Shown here: one piece after another, positions 59,556 to 64,000 of the stretch
Position numbering within the stretch: the first letter of the stretch is position 1
Layout of the letters: every line of letters begins with the position of its first letter
Source of the DNA: Amphiscolops sp. MND2022
Lineage: Eukaryota
DNA: 64,000 nt
Direction: 5' to 3'
NCBI GenBank assembly: GCA_964187785.1
Contig: OZ076409.1
Span: 65,164,001-65,228,000 of the forward strand
Made by a program: the position numbers and the translations under genes
The notes under the pieces: generated by a model
The model's database searches: none
The model's input: the letters and a program-made list of their open reading frames with translations, nothing else
What the model was told of the DNA's origin: nothing

Positions 59556-60853
59556 CCAGTAGTCACGGGTTCGGGTCCCTGCTCTAGCCAGAAACTTTTT
59601 CGAGCATTTGCGAAAGCGGACGAGACTGAAGAGTCCCCTCTTTCAATTTTTTTCGACACTGTGCAACTTTTTTTCCAATTCTTTTTGCCTTCAAAGGGTC
59701 CCATCTTCAAGGTTTTTGATATTTTGCAGCAAACTATAGTGCCAAAAAGCCCGAAGGTCCCTTTTTTATAGTTTAAAAAACTTTGCGCTTTTTGAGCCTT
59801 AGATATAGCGCCAACTTTAGACGTTCCCGTCTTGTTTTCCATAAAAGCTTGACGTTACGCAGGGCGACAATTTATCACGATTTTCGTTGACGATTTGTGT
59901 CAACGATTTCATAGCGTACTTGAACGATCACTGTAACAGATAGAAATTTCTATCGAACTTACATGAGAACAACTTGAACCTCTCTGCTGAGGCAAAATGG
60001 GTTTTTCTGTATGAAGACGACACCAAAATTTGACTGAAAGCGAAAACGACAAGCTGAAAATTTCAGACACTGCATATCAATTGTGCATTAAGTTCCATAT
60101 CGATAAAATGGGTTCCTGAAGAAACTCTCTGACATTCACCCAAGGCAATTTCCGTGAAACTTCGGCGGTATTTATAAATGGCAGCCAAATTGAACGACTT
60201 GATTCCTTTGGTTGTTCAAGTGTGATTGTCAAGTCGACAATTCAATCCAGCTATTGATTAAAACAACAACCTTGAAGAGCGAAAAAGCGATATTAAAATT
60301 GAAAACAGATACAAGCGGTCATTGATACAAGCGGTGTTGACAAAACAGACTAAAATACAAATATTCTATTCAATTATGTTATCGATTGTAATTTATGGCT
60401 GTGACATTTGAGGACATGAGCATTTTGGCAGAATGAAATTTTTCATCTTATATTTTGCGAACCCTTCGGAATGTTCGTCACGGTACACTGAAGGCAACTA
60501 TTTAAGGACACCTAGGTAAAAGAAACTTTACAAACAGTTATGGATGCCGTGCTTAGATTTCGTAGAATGTTGAGAAACAACGAAAACAAACATTTGTCCC
60601 CAATGTACCTATTTTTCGGATCTATCAATCTATCGAGCCGGAAAATAACAGAGATGTATTCAGTATGAGTCTGTTAGGATCTCTGATTCTACTGTTTTAA
60701 CGGCTTGACATGTAACAATATCTTCAACTTTTTACTCTCAAAACTATCTCAACAATGAAACGATCAAGCAGTTGCATATACTGAATAAGGTAGTAAGACA
60801 GCAATCTAATTTGAATTTGTGAAACAACAACTCTTTCTCTCTCTCTCTGAGCT

Positions 60854-63800
60854 TGTTAAAATTGAATGTGGCAGTTTAACCTCTGCATTCCACATTCTCC
60901 CCTCCTGATAAAATCGGTTGTCTGAGAAGGAGAGTAGTAGTTGTACCCTATACTACGACTTGTATGGAGCTTAGCTAAGGTTGTCCGCCCTCTAGGGTTT
61001 TCCACCTCCTCATTGTTGCTTCTCCTTGGCTGGCTGTTCTGGTTTTCCTGTTGAATACATTGGTTACTTGAAAACTTTATATTACTGTTAGTATAGCACG
61101 GTACGCAGCCTTGTTTTTCGGTTTGTTTTGCATAGAGCAGTCTCTTTGATTTTCTCAACGTTCGGTGCGGTTCGGTAAGTTCGGTGTTTTATACCTTTCT
61201 CCCGAGTAAGATTTGTTTCCTTTGGTAGAAGTTGAAGGGCGTCTTCAATATTCGTGTGATCTGGTTTACCATCACTATTGTTATAGCACTGAAATCATCT
61301 GATTCAGATACAGTGCTTAGGTCGAGCACGTTTGGATTTATTGGGCTGGTGAACTGGCCTCTCTCATTTCGCGGCTGTTAAAATTTTCAGCAAGGCCTCA
61401 TTTTGTTCCATGTAACCAAGGCGTGGTGGATCTTTTCCCCTGTATCCACGATACATCGCAGGTTCGACAGCTTTCGAACTGGGTGGTCAGTCGATTACGA
61501 CCGTCATCCTCGTGTTGACCCGCTTTGTCAGTGTAACTGAGTTCCGAAAAAGAATTGACTTAGATATTCTTTTTCTAAGTAGGATTTTGTTTTTCTCATT
61601 AGTTACGGTGCGCTTTGTTCCAGAAATTGTAGAAATCAATTTTACTCGAGAAGTAACTGTTTTGTGGGACTGTTTATAGAAAGTAAACGGATAGTTTCAA
61701 TTTCTATTAGATCTTTCTGTATTCCATAGTTTTTCGTCATGTGTGAACGTCATCCACTTCATACTTCGGTCATTGACTTTTTGGACTTCACCAGGTGATC
61801 CATTGTTCTTCAGGCGGATTTGGGGGTGATATAGACTGTTACATTTTTTGAGATAGATGAAACGGTAACTTTTAGGACAAACACTTTTGTTCCAGTTTTC
61901 GACCAGAATGTAGTTCGCGCGAGACTTTTTTGTCTTTGAATGTGTGGTGAATCTGATGATGAATAGCGTTTTATTCAGGCTTTCGCGTAGGCTTTGATCA
62001 TGTACTAGATTTCTTTTTGTCAGATTTTTCAGTGATTTGTTGGTTCCCTCGGCCAATCCTGTGCCGGTATGTAGAATTGGCGTACCGTAACGTTGGATTA
62101 CACTATGTTCATTACAGAAGCTTTTGTATACTTTGGAGATGAACGTATGCGTTTTTTATATAGTTGTTGCTAAGGGTCGTGATTGGTGTTTAATCCCAAA
62201 CTGCCTGCGTCTATTTTCATCTACAGCGACTATTACAACTGGGGAGGATGTGAGAGAATCTTTATTCAAATTTCACGTTGAGTCTCTATGAACTTCTTTT
62301 GAGTTTTTTGGCAGTTTAATCCTTGATTTTTCATTGCTATTAATTTGGTGTGTTAAATTCTTACCGGTATTCAGGTAGGTGGAGCAGGTATTTGATTTTC
62401 TCTCAATGTCGGACTGCATGCACGGCCACCAGAAGATTACTGCATCACTGCACATTTCAATTATTCCTGCGTGGCTGAAATAAAGTGCCGCGTAGCATTG
62501 ACTTTTTGTGATGATGATGCGGTCGACGACCATCGTAATCCCTGACGGTGTAAACCTTTGTGGCCACTTGATAGACGTCTGGGATTCGTTGCATGTTGTT
62601 GTCTTCCAGACAGCTTTGCAGCTCGGTCCAACGCGGGTCCACTGTTGTTTTTCTGTTTAAAGTTTCCTGATTGAGCATAAGATCTAACTCGGCGGATAGG
62701 ATGTTTCTTCAATCGGTCCGTCGCGGTATTTTTAAACGGGGGCTCCTGTGTAGGCTCCAAGTGTTGTAATTGGCGCTTCCGGAGTCGACGAGACAGTAAA
62801 TTCGGTGTGCTCTGTAAGTTTTTGTATTCTCATTGCCTCCGGATTGGGTTCGATTGATGATACTGGCCTTGACCATGTTTCATTGCTGAAATCCTTGCGG
62901 CATTCATCTTTTATCCGTAGCTCGATGTGGCGTCTCTTTTTTTTCATTGATACCTGCATCAACGGGTCTTTGGGGACTGAAATCTCATTAACCAGTTTCT
63001 TGTGCCATTTGTGGCGCATGCAGCCCGGTTTCGTCAACTCGATTCTCCTTTCCACGAGCTCTCTAACCTCGGGGAACCATCTTTTCTGCTAATTTTGTTC
63101 ATTATCTTGTCTTCTGCAACCCAGTGAAAAATTGACCTGCCGTCTCTCAAGAATCTCCCCGGATTTTGTCGGTTGTTAATTTTGTCGTTCGTTCTTGAAT
63201 GTGAATAATCAATGTTTACGGTGTTGATCTGATTAGCAGTCAGTTGTGTACGAGAATGGTGCTTGTTTGTTTAGCAGCGGTGCGTACCAGCTTGCGTGCG
63301 CTTATCATGCATGCTTGCCGTCTGGTCAGTGTTCGCGCCTTCTTATTGGCTGAAAATTAGTCGCACATGGCCTTATGCCGTTGCAAGTCGCGATGGAGTT
63401 AATGACAAACTTTTCTTCGTAATTATCTTCCGCTTTCGCGTTTTTTGTTGGCTCACCGCTTGCAAAATCAGTAAATTTGATTTTTTGTCAACTGCGTACT
63501 TCAGAGTATTGTCGAGCTGATTTAATCTGTCTAGGTATCGTGTTCATCGAGCGCTATACTGTTTAATCCTTTTTTTCGGTAGCAGTTGTATGGCTTGGTG
63601 GTCGGAGCGTAGTTGGAGTTATTTCCCGTACAACAGAAATCTGAATCGCTCGAGGCCTCCAACTACCGCTAACAAATCCTGGTTAACCGACGGAATTTTT
63701 CCTTTCTGAATCGTTAAGGTATCGGCTGGTAAAAACGATGGGTTTTAGTTCACCGATAATTTTTGTTTGCCGCCATAGTTCCATTCCGAGTCCGGTGTTG

Positions 63801-64000
63801 CAGGCGTTTGTTCTGGCGATATTTTCTTTGTTACGGTTCTTCTTCTTTCGTGTCGTCATCTCAAAAGTCCAGCAACTCCTTTTTCCAACCATTGAACTTA
63901 GTTGGGTCGAGCCTCAAAACACCTTGTTTTCCAGAGGGGGTTTTGAGACATTTGCATTGTGACAGTATGTGCTCGGCTGTTTTGGGGGGCTTCACAACAG
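60854..64000 (-). pseudogene. Heavily decayed Gypsy pol (RNase H/integrase) related to element C, with PPT and a short LTR remnant
   Basis: Fragments NACNTGLGMELWRQ..GELKPIVFTSRYLNDSERK, HAGI....IFWWPCMQSDIE and TGLAEGTNKSLKNL. PPT AGGAGGGGAGAA is followed by TGTGG at 60894. Runs off the window end. Confidence 0.75.

Larger units (their letters stand above)
43285..59835 (+). mobile_element. Helentron/DINE-1-like element split by LTR element B (43285-43431 and 59556-59835)
   Basis: The two flanks join to a copy colinear with 42379-42964. Confidence 0.7.

Noticed and set aside
59556..59590. tRNA gene
   Set aside because: Only a T-arm/B-box-like segment and CCA are present. No A-box or cloverleaf could be built, and it lies inside a dispersed repeat.
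59950..60850. 3' part of another LINE (IVIYGCDI-like motif, TC tail)
   Set aside because: Too degraded; a single short motif is not enough to call it.

Overview
AT-rich, transposon-saturated eukaryotic (probably animal) DNA with no clearly complete host gene. Three full-length Ty3/Gypsy LTR retrotransposons dominate the window, each with near-identical LTRs and a 5-bp target-site duplication (TSD): A (15510-31347, minus strand, 2163-bp LTRs), C (34362-40358, plus, 205-bp LTRs) and B (43432-59555, plus, 1779-bp LTRs). A and B are diverged members of one unusual ~16-kb family. In both, gag starts inside the LTR and reads through the primer-binding site (PBS), and gag-pol uses an A-AAA-AAC -1 slippery site. 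Between pol and the 3' LTR both carry a head-to-head gene pair: a short acidic sense ORF running into the 3' LTR, and a large (~1175 and ~1285 aa predicted) antisense, intron-containing gene. That gene encodes a C2H2 zinc finger plus what looks like a catalytically dead hAT-transposase body, and its intron positions differ between the two elements. This antisense spliced cargo is the most notable system here. The rest comprises an internally deleted hAT transposon with an 8-bp TSD, several Helentron/DINE-1-like non-autonomous elements, foldback-type and TA-TSD MITEs, a LINE RT relic and a decayed Gypsy pol. All alignments and splice models were made by eye; no database searches were run.
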